This document shows positions 52,938-62,083 of a stretch of DNA of 64,000 bases, piece by piece. Where the stretch lies: NCBI GenBank assembly GCA_014804755.1, contig JAAUZE010000008.1:100109-164108 (forward strand). Direction: 5' to 3'. How positions within the stretch are numbered: the stretch's first letter is position 1; each line of letters begins with the position of its first letter. This stretch comes from Lachnospiraceae bacterium (lineage in GTDB: Bacteria > Bacillota > Clostridia > Lachnospirales > Lachnospiraceae). The notes beneath the pieces are model-generated. The model saw nothing but the letters and a program-made list of their open reading frames with translations, was not told where the DNA came from and did not search any database. A program made the position numbers and the translations under genes.

Positions 52938-53708
52938 ATGTCGAAGATTAGTTCCTATGACGAATATATCGAAAAGTTGGATGGGCGGGGCGATGTCATT
53001 GTGTTCCGAGGACAGGCAAACAGCGAGTTTGTGCTGATCCCGTCAGGGCTTCGCGGGGATCACATCCACATTGCGGACAGTCAGATGTTCCGCTTTGTTG
53101 ATGAAATGAAGCAACTGTTTAATTTTGATGAGCTGACCTGTATTGAGATCGCGCAGCATTTTGCACTTCCGACGAGAATGCTGGATTTTTCCTATTCCTT
53201 TGACGTGGCCTTGTTTTTTGCATGCCATGACGCCAAGGGGCGGTACGCGGAAAATGACGGCAAGGTGTTCATTTTTAATAAGAGTAAATATGAGCAAGCG
53301 CTCAGGGAAAGAAGAAAGCTTTCCAGCGAGGTCATCCGGAATAATAAATTTCTGTATGAATGGCTGCAAAAATACATAGATAAGGAATCAACGCTCATGG
53401 GAAACGAGGGCGTTGATATGCCGATCTTTGTGGATGCGACGCAGCAGTTCGACCGGTTGTATATGCAGAAGGGATTGTTCCTGCTCTGGGGGCGGGACGA
53501 GTGCTCCCTTGAAAAAATACTGGAAAATGAACGAATACCGATGTCGCAGCTCATCGATACGATCACGATCGACGCGTGCGCCAAGCCGCGTATTTTGTCC
53601 GAGCTTGCAAAAAAACACATCAGTGAGGATACACTGTATATGAACATCGGAAAGATCAAGGATTTGGTTTACCATATCAAGTATGGAGATAAACCAAAAC
53701 AGGAATGA
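52938..53708 (+). CDS. FRG-domain protein
   Basis: VIVFRGQANSEFVLIPSGLR...AQHFALPTRMLDFS...RLYMQKGLFL matches the FRG-domain pattern. Confidence 0.6.
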   Translation: MSKISSYDEYIEKLDGRGDVIVFRGQANSEFVLIPSGLRGDHIHIADSQMFRFVDEMKQLFNFDELTCIEIAQHFALPTRMLDFSYSFDVALFFACHDAKGRYAENDGKVFIFNKSKYEQALRERRKLSSEVIRNNKFLYEWLQKYIDKESTLMGNEGVDMPIFVDATQQFDRLYMQKGLFLLWGRDECSLEKILENERIPMSQLIDTITIDACAKPRILSELAKKHISEDTLYMNIGKIKDLVYHIKYGDKPKQE

Positions 53709-53716
53709 GGAATTGT

Positions 53717-54610
53717 ATGGAAAAAAATAAATTGAAGGGTTGGCTGTATCTGCTGCCGGCTATTTTGTTTTTGGGATGCTTTATGGTATATCCGCTCATT
53801 GACGTATTTGTGTATTCGTTCGAGGAAAGCTACAATTTTGCTTCCCAGACCTATCAGGGAACCGGTGGCTATAATTTTGCGTATGTTCTGCATGACACGT
53901 ATTTTTTGCAGGCGGTAAAAAATACCTTCCTCATGGTGGTCATCACCGTGCCGCTCTCAACAGGCATCGCGCTTTTGATCTCCGTGGGTTTAAGCTCCAT
54001 CAAACCGCTTCGCAGGCTTTTTCAGACGGTTTATTTTCTGCCGTATGTGACGAATACGCTTGCCGTCGGTCTTGTCTTTATGATCCTGTTCAAAAAGACG
54101 GAGTATACGGACGGACTCGTGAACCTGCTCATTCATTGGTTCGGCGGAGAGTCGGTCGATTTTATTTCCGGACCGTACTGGGCGAAAATGTTTGTCATGT
54201 GTTTTTATATCATATGGGTCGTTATGCCGTTTAAGATCCTGCTCCTCACAAGCGCGCTCTTATCTGTGGATCAGAGCTATTACAACGCGGCAAAGGTGGA
54301 TGGCACGTCGGGCGCGCGTATTTTTAGAAAGATCACGCTGCCGATGATTTCGCCTACGATCTTTTATCTTGTCATCACGGGCTTTATCGGCGCGTTCAAG
54401 GAATACAGCGACGCTGTCGCATTATTCGGGACGAACTTAAATGCGGCGGGAATGAATACGATCGTCGGATATGTGTACGACATGCTTTACGGGGACAGCG
54501 GCGGCTATCCGTCGTATGCCTCGGCGGCGGCGATCATATTATTTGTGATCGTCTTGACGATCACCTGTATCAACCTGCTCATCAGCAGTAAGCACACGAC
54601 GTACAATTAA
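53717..54610 (+). CDS. Carbohydrate ABC transporter permease (MalF/UgpA-like)
   Basis: Six TM helices. The EAA-loop is YNAAKVDGTSGARIFRKITLPMISP. Confidence 0.8.
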   Translation: MEKNKLKGWLYLLPAILFLGCFMVYPLIDVFVYSFEESYNFASQTYQGTGGYNFAYVLHDTYFLQAVKNTFLMVVITVPLSTGIALLISVGLSSIKPLRRLFQTVYFLPYVTNTLAVGLVFMILFKKTEYTDGLVNLLIHWFGGESVDFISGPYWAKMFVMCFYIIWVVMPFKILLLTSALLSVDQSYYNAAKVDGTSGARIFRKITLPMISPTIFYLVITGFIGAFKEYSDAVALFGTNLNAAGMNTIVGYVYDMLYGDSGGYPSYASAAAIILFVIVLTITCINLLISSKHTTYN

Positions 54611-54623
54611 GGAGGAATCCTTC

Positions 54624-55499
54624 ATGGCAAAAACGGATACTTATAAGGAGATTGAGCGCACGGCGGCGCGGCGCAAAAAAGGTGTGCGCACGGTCACTTA
54701 TATCCTGCTCACATTGTGGGCGCTCATCGTGCTGTTTCCTTTTTACTGGATGCTGCTGACGAGCATCAAAAGCTACGGCGCGTACAACTCAGAATATATT
54801 CCGCAATTTATTACCCTGTCGCCGACGCTTCAGAACTATGCGGATGCGTTCAGCGCCGTTCCGCTCGGCAGATACCTGCTCAACACGTTTATTTTTACGG
54901 TGGCGACGACCGCGATCATGATGGTGGTCATCACATTGGCGGCGTTCGCGTTTGCGCGTTTGAACTTTCGGGGAAAAAATCTCGTGTTCACGCTGTTTCT
55001 GGCGCTGATGATGATACCGAACGAGCTTGTCATCATTACGAACTTTGCGACGATCACAAACATGAACATGCGCAATTCGTTTTTGGGACTGATCTTACCG
55101 TCCGTCACATCCGTTTTTTATATCTATTTGCTAAAAGAGAATTTTGCGCAGGTGCCGGATTCGCTTTATTATGCGGCGAAAGTGGATGGTACCTCCGACT
55201 TAAAGTATCTGTGCAAGGTGATGGTGCCGATCTGCCGCCCGACGCTCATTACGATCGTGATCTTAAAGGTGATCGAGTGCTGGAATTCCTATGTGTGGCC
55301 GCGCCTCATCACCGACGACGAGCGCTATTTTCTGGTGTCGAACGGCATTCAGGAGATCCGGGAGAACGGTTTCGGCCGTGAAAATATCCCCGCGATGATG
55401 GCGGCGGTCGTTGTGATCTCGCTGCCGCTCATCGTGCTGTTTCTCATTTTCCGCGAAAAGATCATGGCGGGTGTATCAAGAGGGGGGACAAAAGGGTGA
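54624..55499 (+). CDS. Carbohydrate ABC transporter permease (MalG/UgpE-like)
   Basis: The EAA-loop is YYAAKVDGTSDLKYLCKVMVPICRP. Six TM helices. Confidence 0.8.
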   Translation: MAKTDTYKEIERTAARRKKGVRTVTYILLTLWALIVLFPFYWMLLTSIKSYGAYNSEYIPQFITLSPTLQNYADAFSAVPLGRYLLNTFIFTVATTAIMMVVITLAAFAFARLNFRGKNLVFTLFLALMMIPNELVIITNFATITNMNMRNSFLGLILPSVTSVFYIYLLKENFAQVPDSLYYAAKVDGTSDLKYLCKVMVPICRPTLITIVILKVIECWNSYVWPRLITDDERYFLVSNGIQEIRENGFGRENIPAMMAAVVVISLPLIVLFLIFREKIMAGVSRGGTKG

Positions 55500-57097
55500 C
55501 GAAAAAAAGAAAGACCGTTCGTTTTTTGCTGTTATCTCTGCTTTTTGCATTTGCCGCGCTGCTTGCAGGCTGTCACGGGTCGAAGGGGCTTGACCCGTTC
55601 GGGATGCCGGAAGAATTCGACACCTCAAGGAATTATACGATCACGTTTTGGGCAAAAAACGATACGAACAAGACGCAGGCGGACATTTACGAGCGGGCGA
55701 TCGCTGAGTTTGAACAGCTGTATCCGAATATCAAGGTGAATCTGCGTTTGTATACGGATTATGGAGTGATCTATAATGACGTCATTACGAATATTTCCAC
55801 GAATACGACGCCGAATGTCTGTATCACTTATCCGGATCACATCGCAACTTATCTGACCGGAACAAATGTCGTGGTTCCTCTGGACGAATTGTTTGCCGAT
55901 GAACGTTATGGTTTCGGAGGGAGCGAGGTGCGTTTTGACGCGGTGGCACAAAACGAGGTCGTTTCCCGTTTCTTGGAAGAGGGTGCGTTTGACGGGCACT
56001 ATTACGCGATCCCGTTCATGCGTTCCACCGAGGCGTGCTATGTGAATAAAACCTATGTGGAAGCGCTGGGTTATACACTGCCCGATGTGCTGACATGGGA
56101 TTTTGTGTGGGAGGTATCCGAGGCGGCTCTGGCGGCGGACGCGGACGGAAATTATATCGTCAACGGGCAGAACGTGCTGATCCCGTTTATCTACAAATCC
56201 ACGGATAACATGATGATCCAGATGCTTAAGCAGACGGGCGGCGACTATTCCACGGATGAGGGGGACATCCTTCTTTTTAACGATACGACGAAGGCGCTTC
56301 TCTATACGATTGCGGAGCATGGAAAGACCAAAGCGTTTTCCACATTTAAGATATCGAGTTATCCCGCCAATTTCCTCAATGCGGGACAGTGTATTTTTGC
56401 GGTCGATTCCACGGCGGGCGCGACATGGATGGGAACGGATGCGCCGCTTCGGGACATCAGCGATGAGAAACTGGTGCAGTTTGAGACCGAGATCAGGATG
56501 GTCCCGCAGTTTGACACGGATGCGCCGCAGATGATCTCGCAGGGACCGTCCGTGTGCTTGTTTAACAAGTCTGACCCGCAGGAGGTATTGGCGTCATGGC
56601 TGTTTGCGCAGTATCTTCTGACGAACAACGTGCAGATCGCGTATGCCGAGACGGAGGGTTATATCCCCGTGACAACGAGGGCGCAGAATGCGGCGGAGTA
56701 TACGGACTATCTGGCGAGGGGCGGCGAGGACAACGCTCTGCACTATGACATCAAGATCAAGGCGGCGAAGCTCCTGATTGACAATATTGACAATACTTTT
56801 GTTACGCCGGTGTTTAACGGCTCGGCATCCTTGCGCAATGCCGCAGGGCAGTTGGTCGAGGAGACAGTGAAGGCAGTCAGGAGGGGGCAGACCGTGGATG
56901 AGGCGTTTATAGAGACGCTCTATGCCGACACGACATCACTGTACCGCTTAGATCAGGGCGGGTCATCCGCGACGGGAAAAACAGACTTAGGTCCGCTCCC
57001 GAAAACGGCGGTTGTTCTGCTTGTTTCGCTGGCGGTCGTATGGATTTTGATCATACTTTATGTCATTTTGCAGGCAAAAAAGCAGAAAAGCTATTGA
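55496..57097 (+). CDS. Extracellular solute-binding lipoprotein with an additional C-terminal TM helix
   Basis: The lipobox is LLAGC. The body is SBP-like. The C-terminus LPKTAVVLLVSLAVVWILIILYVILQAKKQKSY is hydrophobic with a basic tail. Confidence 0.7.
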   Translation: MTKKRKTVRFLLLSLLFAFAALLAGCHGSKGLDPFGMPEEFDTSRNYTITFWAKNDTNKTQADIYERAIAEFEQLYPNIKVNLRLYTDYGVIYNDVITNISTNTTPNVCITYPDHIATYLTGTNVVVPLDELFADERYGFGGSEVRFDAVAQNEVVSRFLEEGAFDGHYYAIPFMRSTEACYVNKTYVEALGYTLPDVLTWDFVWEVSEAALAADADGNYIVNGQNVLIPFIYKSTDNMMIQMLKQTGGDYSTDEGDILLFNDTTKALLYTIAEHGKTKAFSTFKISSYPANFLNAGQCIFAVDSTAGATWMGTDAPLRDISDEKLVQFETEIRMVPQFDTDAPQMISQGPSVCLFNKSDPQEVLASWLFAQYLLTNNVQIAYAETEGYIPVTTRAQNAAEYTDYLARGGEDNALHYDIKIKAAKLLIDNIDNTFVTPVFNGSASLRNAAGQLVEETVKAVRRGQTVDEAFIETLYADTTSLYRLDQGGSSATGKTDLGPLPKTAVVLLVSLAVVWILIILYVILQAKKQKSY

Positions 57098-57213
57098 TTT
57101 CAAAAGAAATCTATTGATTTCTTTGCGATTGTTGAGTACAATGTCAACGTGTGATTGTTGAAGGGAGCTCTGAAAGGGACTTCCGCGCATAAAGAAAAAG
57201 AGGAGAGAAAAAA

Positions 57214-57939
57214 ATGAAAAAAAGTGTGGCATTGATTTTAACGTTTTCCCTGATGCTTGCGCTCGCAGGCTGCGGTGGAAAGGGTGATGCAGGAAGCGAT
57301 GTAAAGTCCGAGGGTGTCATGACCCATGCGGAGTACGTGGCTGCGGCAGTGGACGCGCAGGTCGTCGTAGAGACCTATGTACAGGCAAAGCAGGCTTGGT
57401 GGGATAATAAGGCGACGATTTATACGCAGGATAAGGACGGCGCATATTTTATTTACGAGATGGCTTGCTCCGAGGCGGACTACGATAAGCTGACGCCGGG
57501 TACGAAGATCAAGGTTACGGGCTATAAGGCAGAGTGGTCAGGCGAGGTTGAGATTATTGACGCAACGTTCGAGATCGAGGATGGCAATTATGTTGCATCA
57601 GCGCTTGACGTAACGAGCATGCTCGGATCGGATGACCTGATCGCACATCAAAATGAATTTGTATCGTTCAAGGGGATGACCGTGGAGGATGCGGGCAACG
57701 GCGCTGCATTCATGTATAAGTGGGACAATTCCGGTACGGACGGCGACGATCTGTACTTCAATGTTTCCTTAAACGGACAGACCTATACGTTTACGGTAGA
57801 GTCCTATCTGTGTGATAACACGACGGATGTTTACGCGGCAGTCAAGAATCTACAGATCGGCGATGTAGTCGATATGGAAGGTTTCTTATACTGGTATGAG
57901 GGCGTGAATCCGCACATCACATCCGTGACTGTAAAGTAA
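57214..57939 (+). CDS. Lipoprotein of unknown function
   Basis: The signal peptide and lipobox are LMLALAGCGG. Strong RBS. Confidence 0.5.
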   Translation: MKKSVALILTFSLMLALAGCGGKGDAGSDVKSEGVMTHAEYVAAAVDAQVVVETYVQAKQAWWDNKATIYTQDKDGAYFIYEMACSEADYDKLTPGTKIKVTGYKAEWSGEVEIIDATFEIEDGNYVASALDVTSMLGSDDLIAHQNEFVSFKGMTVEDAGNGAAFMYKWDNSGTDGDDLYFNVSLNGQTYTFTVESYLCDNTTDVYAAVKNLQIGDVVDMEGFLYWYEGVNPHITSVTVK

Positions 57940-58039
57940 TCGGACAAAAGGATCATAGCACGTAAAATGAGCGATACATTTGCCAAAACGGCGGGGTACC
58001 GCTCATTTTGTTATCATTGGCGTAAAGAGGAAGCACATT

Positions 58040-60169
58040 ATGAGGTATCAGATACGGCATGCGCTGGTGCAGTACGGCGCGGACACGATTATAGAGGATG
58101 TAAATTTTGAGATTCACGACCATGAGAAAATTGCGGTGGTCGGACGGAACGGCTGCGGAAAGACAACGCTCCTAAAGCTGATCAACGGTGACATTACCAT
58201 GAATAATTTGGACAGCGACGAGACGTGCGGCATTACGATGGCGGGAAAGCAGGAGATTGGTTTTTTACATCAGATCAGCTTTCCGGACGCGGACCTCAGC
58301 GTGGAAGAGGAGATCAAGAAAACCTTTGCCGCGGTGTTTGCCTGCGAGGCGCGCATGAAAGAGATTGAGTGTCAGTTGGAGAGCGGCACGGCGTACAGAA
58401 ACGGCAGCGAAGAGGAAGCTGACGGGATGCAGGACGCAGAACCGCAGAGCGAAGAACAACGGCGGCTGCTCGGCGAATACAATGCGCTGCAAAGGCGGAT
58501 GGAGGCGCTCAGAGGATATAGCTGGCGCAGGGACATGGAGATCATGTTTCAGCAGTTCGGTTTTGCGCTTGCGGACTTACAGCGTCCGATTGGGAGCTTT
58601 TCGGGCGGGCAGCAGACGAAGATCGCGTTTATTAAGCTGCTGCTCTCAAGACCGGACATCATGCTATTGGACGAGCCGACCAACCACCTTGACCTGCAGA
58701 CGATCGAATGGCTGGAAGATTATTTGAAAAAATATGACAAAGCTGTCGTTATTGTATCGCATGACCGCATGTTCCTGGACCGCGTGATCGACGTGACCTA
58801 TGAGATCGAGTATCACCGCATCAAGCGTTATCCGGGCAATTACAGCGCATTCATGAAGCGCAAGGAGGAAGACCTGCAGAAGCAGGAGAAGGATTATGAG
58901 GCGCAGCAGAAGGAGATCAAGCGTCTGACGGAGTGGATCGAAAAGTGGAAGAACACGCCGACAAAGGTGGCGTCCGCGCATTCCAAGCAGATGGCGATCG
59001 AGCATATGGTGAAGATCGAGAAGCCGAGGCGGTTTGACACAAAAACCTTCCGCGCCATGTTTATGCCGCGCATCGAAAGCTATACGGAAGTATTGAATGT
59101 CAAAAACCTAAAGATCGGTTATGACAAAGAGCTTGCGGAGGTTTCTTTTTTATTGGAAAAGGGGCAAAAGCTGGCGATTCTCGGGGAGAACGGTATCGGA
59201 AAATCGACGCTGCTCAAAACGCTTGTCGGGTTGATCCCGCCGCTTTCGGGGAGATTCTCATTCGGTCACAATGTGGAGTGGGGGTATTTCGACCAGCAGG
59301 AAGCGGTCATGAAAGACGCGCCGCCGGAGCAGACGATATTGGATAATTTTTGGGAGGAATATCCGAAGCTTTTGCGCGAGCAAGTGCGGAGCGCGCTCGG
59401 TGCGTTTCTTTTTTCGGGGGAGGATGTCATGAAGCAGATGGGGCAGCTTTCCGGAGGGGAGAAAGTGCGCCTGGAGCTCTGTAAAATGTTTTATCGTAAG
59501 CCGAATCTGCTCATTTTGGATGAGCCGACCAACCATATGGATATGGCGGGAAAGGATGCGCTGGAAAAAATGCTGGGGGATTTTCCGGGGACGATCCTGT
59601 TTGTTTCGCATGACCGCTATTTTGTCAGCCGGATCGCGACGGGCGTGCTGGAATTTGACTTGGGCGAGGTGCGGCAGTATCGGGGCGGTTACGAGGAATA
59701 TTTAGAGGAAAAACAGAAGCGCATGAGCGGGGTCGTGAAGGATACCGTGCGGGAGAACGGAACCGCCGCGCAGGGAAAAAAGAATGCCGCCGGAGAGAAA
59801 GCGGGCGGTGCGGGAACGAATGGCAGTCCGGTACAGGCCGGGCAAAGTAATGCAGGGATGAACGGCAGCGGGAACGCCGCAAAGAATCCGACGCTGGACG
59901 ATGTATTTGACAAGAAAACATATTATAATCCGGGAAAGGTTCTGTCCCGGCTCAAAAAGCAGCTGGAAAAGTATGAAAAGCAGCTTGAGGAGAGCGAGGC
60001 GCGGGCGGCGGAGCTGTCTTTACGCCTCATGGAGCCAGAGCTTGCCTCGGACTATCAGAAGCTGATGGAGCTGCAGGAGCAGTTAGACGGCGAGGAGCAT
60101 TTGCAGGAGACACTGTTGGAGCGGATGATGGAGACCGAGACCGAGTTGCAGGAGATGGAGCAGGCATAA
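58040..60169 (+). CDS. ABC-F family ATPase (two ABC domains, no TM domain; translation-factor/ARE-like class)
   Basis: Walker A motifs GRNGCGKTT and GENGIGKST, signature motifs FSGGQQTK and LSGGEKVR, an inter-domain linker, and a C-terminal coiled coil. Confidence 0.8.
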   Translation: MRYQIRHALVQYGADTIIEDVNFEIHDHEKIAVVGRNGCGKTTLLKLINGDITMNNLDSDETCGITMAGKQEIGFLHQISFPDADLSVEEEIKKTFAAVFACEARMKEIECQLESGTAYRNGSEEEADGMQDAEPQSEEQRRLLGEYNALQRRMEALRGYSWRRDMEIMFQQFGFALADLQRPIGSFSGGQQTKIAFIKLLLSRPDIMLLDEPTNHLDLQTIEWLEDYLKKYDKAVVIVSHDRMFLDRVIDVTYEIEYHRIKRYPGNYSAFMKRKEEDLQKQEKDYEAQQKEIKRLTEWIEKWKNTPTKVASAHSKQMAIEHMVKIEKPRRFDTKTFRAMFMPRIESYTEVLNVKNLKIGYDKELAEVSFLLEKGQKLAILGENGIGKSTLLKTLVGLIPPLSGRFSFGHNVEWGYFDQQEAVMKDAPPEQTILDNFWEEYPKLLREQVRSALGAFLFSGEDVMKQMGQLSGGEKVRLELCKMFYRKPNLLILDEPTNHMDMAGKDALEKMLGDFPGTILFVSHDRYFVSRIATGVLEFDLGEVRQYRGGYEEYLEEKQKRMSGVVKDTVRENGTAAQGKKNAAGEKAGGAGTNGSPVQAGQSNAGMNGSGNAAKNPTLDDVFDKKTYYNPGKVLSRLKKQLEKYEKQLEESEARAAELSLRLMEPELASDYQKLMELQEQLDGEEHLQETLLERMMETETELQEMEQA

Positions 60170-60175
60170 GGCAGT

Positions 60176-61081
60176 ATGGATGAGAAGCTATTTAGGATAC
60201 TAAAAAAGGTATATTATAAAAAAGACTATATCAAAGATGAAAAAGGAAATAAAATACGAGTCAAAACGGGGGATGTATTTGATCTGAAATCGAATACCAG
60301 ACAGTATTCTATAGAAAATCTTTCACCAGAAGAGGTCCTGTATTTACAGGAAAGCGGATTTGTTGTAAATGACATCGTCTATGATACACATGACGATAAC
60401 ATTCATAAGTTAAAGGAAATAATCGGTAATTCAAATCTGACATTGCATAATGTGCTTTCTGCCTATATTGCTGGGTTTGGGAGTTTCCCAAGGGGACGGC
60501 AGCCGATTATGAGCTATTTGTTCGCGCGTGCAGTGCCGCTTCATCATTTTTGCAATTCGCAGGGGAGAGATATATGCGAAATCTGCACAATAAAAAGGGA
60601 TTTTTGGTCCGAAAGGGGAAAGGAAATATTTCGCAGATATTGGGGATATTCCTGGAATGAGTTTGTCGATCGGTTTTATATTGATTTAGAAGAATTTGTG
60701 AAATTGCCCCCACGGACAGCTACGGAAGAAGATTTGCAGATTTTCCGCTCTGTAATTGATATGATACGGAATGCGCCGGAGGATGAAACACCCGGACAGT
60801 TGGAACAACGTATCAAAAAGTCAAAACTGATTCCAAACTGTGAAAAATATAGGTTGCGGGGGCAGCTCATGACATTAGCAGAGCTTGGTGTTATGTATAA
60901 TCCATTTATCAAACCATTGTTTGATGGTTTTACGAATTTTAATACCCGCTGCGAGATAGGACGGAAAGTGCCGGGAAGCAGCCGTTCAGATATAATCCTT
61001 CCGCTAAGCGGTTGGCGTGGCAAATATGGAGTCTGTGAAGAACGGTTTGAGGAACTCTTCGGTTCGTTCTATCGCGAATGA
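60176..61081 (+). CDS. Hypothetical protein
   Basis: 301-aa ORF starting 6 nt after the ABC-F stop. No motif recognised. Confidence 0.4.
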   Translation: MDEKLFRILKKVYYKKDYIKDEKGNKIRVKTGDVFDLKSNTRQYSIENLSPEEVLYLQESGFVVNDIVYDTHDDNIHKLKEIIGNSNLTLHNVLSAYIAGFGSFPRGRQPIMSYLFARAVPLHHFCNSQGRDICEICTIKRDFWSERGKEIFRRYWGYSWNEFVDRFYIDLEEFVKLPPRTATEEDLQIFRSVIDMIRNAPEDETPGQLEQRIKKSKLIPNCEKYRLRGQLMTLAELGVMYNPFIKPLFDGFTNFNTRCEIGRKVPGSSRSDIILPLSGWRGKYGVCEERFEELFGSFYRE

Positions 61082-61137
61082 GGATCAAATGATACAAGAT
61101 GCATTTTATAAAGAGCTCAGAAAGTAGGAGAACCGGC

Positions 61138-61998
61138 ATGGACGTGCAATGTCTGATCGTGGACGATGAGGTGGAACTTGCGCAGATGACCTGCGAGTAT
61201 TTTGAGATGTTCGGCGTAAGCTGCAAGTATGTGGAGTCGGCGCGGGAGTGCCTTGCTTTTTTAGCCGAAAACACGGTGGGGCTCATTCTGCTTGACATTA
61301 ATCTGGTGAACGAGAGTGGTTTTTCTCTGTGTAAAAAAATAAGGGAAACCTTGGATATTCCTATCTTATTCATCAGTGCGCGCGATAGCGACAGTGATGT
61401 GCTGATCGCCTTAAACATCGGCGGGGACGATTATATCAAAAAGCCCTATTCTTTAAGCGTGCTGCTTGCGAAGGTACAGGTGGTCTTAAAACGCATGGAA
61501 GCGGGGAGGCGGGCGGCAGCGTGTATAAAAGAAGAAGCATTGCAACAGGAAGCCGGCAGGATGGATGGGACAGGAACGGTGAATGATGCAGAGATGGACG
61601 GCGGAGCGGACAATGTCAAAGGAGCCGGAAGCGCTGCGGGAAGCGGGACGGATCAGGGCGGCGCGGACGCGGGGGAACAGGACGGTCCGCTCCGCCTTGC
61701 GGAGGAAAAGCTGTGCGTGTACCTGAAAAAGAATAGGACCGGAGCAACGAGCAGCGCGGAGGAACAGGAGATTCCCTTAAAGGCGAAGGAGTTTGCGCTG
61801 CTTAAATGCTTATATGAGCACCGCGGAACGATCGTGACGAAGGAGCAGTTGTTTCTTTCGGTGTGGGGCGATGCGTTTTACAGTGACGGCACCCTGAACG
61901 TTCATATCAGGAGGCTGCGGGAAAAGCTGGAGGAGGATCCGTCCGATCCCAGGCTCATCAAAACGATCTGGGGAACGGGATATATGCTGGAAGGATGA
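61138..61998 (+). CDS. OmpR-family response regulator with an unusually long low-complexity interdomain linker
   Basis: The receiver domain has LIVDDE...ILLDINL...DDYIKKP. The wHTH has LNVHIRRLREKLEEDPSDPRLIKTIWGTGYMLE. About 90 Gly/Ala/Asp-rich residues lie between them. Confidence 0.8.
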   Translation: MDVQCLIVDDEVELAQMTCEYFEMFGVSCKYVESARECLAFLAENTVGLILLDINLVNESGFSLCKKIRETLDIPILFISARDSDSDVLIALNIGGDDYIKKPYSLSVLLAKVQVVLKRMEAGRRAAACIKEEALQQEAGRMDGTGTVNDAEMDGGADNVKGAGSAAGSGTDQGGADAGEQDGPLRLAEEKLCVYLKKNRTGATSSAEEQEIPLKAKEFALLKCLYEHRGTIVTKEQLFLSVWGDAFYSDGTLNVHIRRLREKLEEDPSDPRLIKTIWGTGYMLEG

Positions 61999-62083
61999 TC
62001 AGGATGCCCGCCCGCAAGATGGAAAGTGCAGGCTTTTGGGGGGCGGCGTTGTCGGTACGACGTAATCAGGGAGAGGAAATTTC

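Noticed and set aside
54716-55381. A 221-aa alternative-frame ORF within the second permease gene
   Set aside because: It is an Arg/His/Gly-rich frame-shifted translation of a GC-rich membrane-protein gene. The annotated frame has the EAA loop and TM helices.
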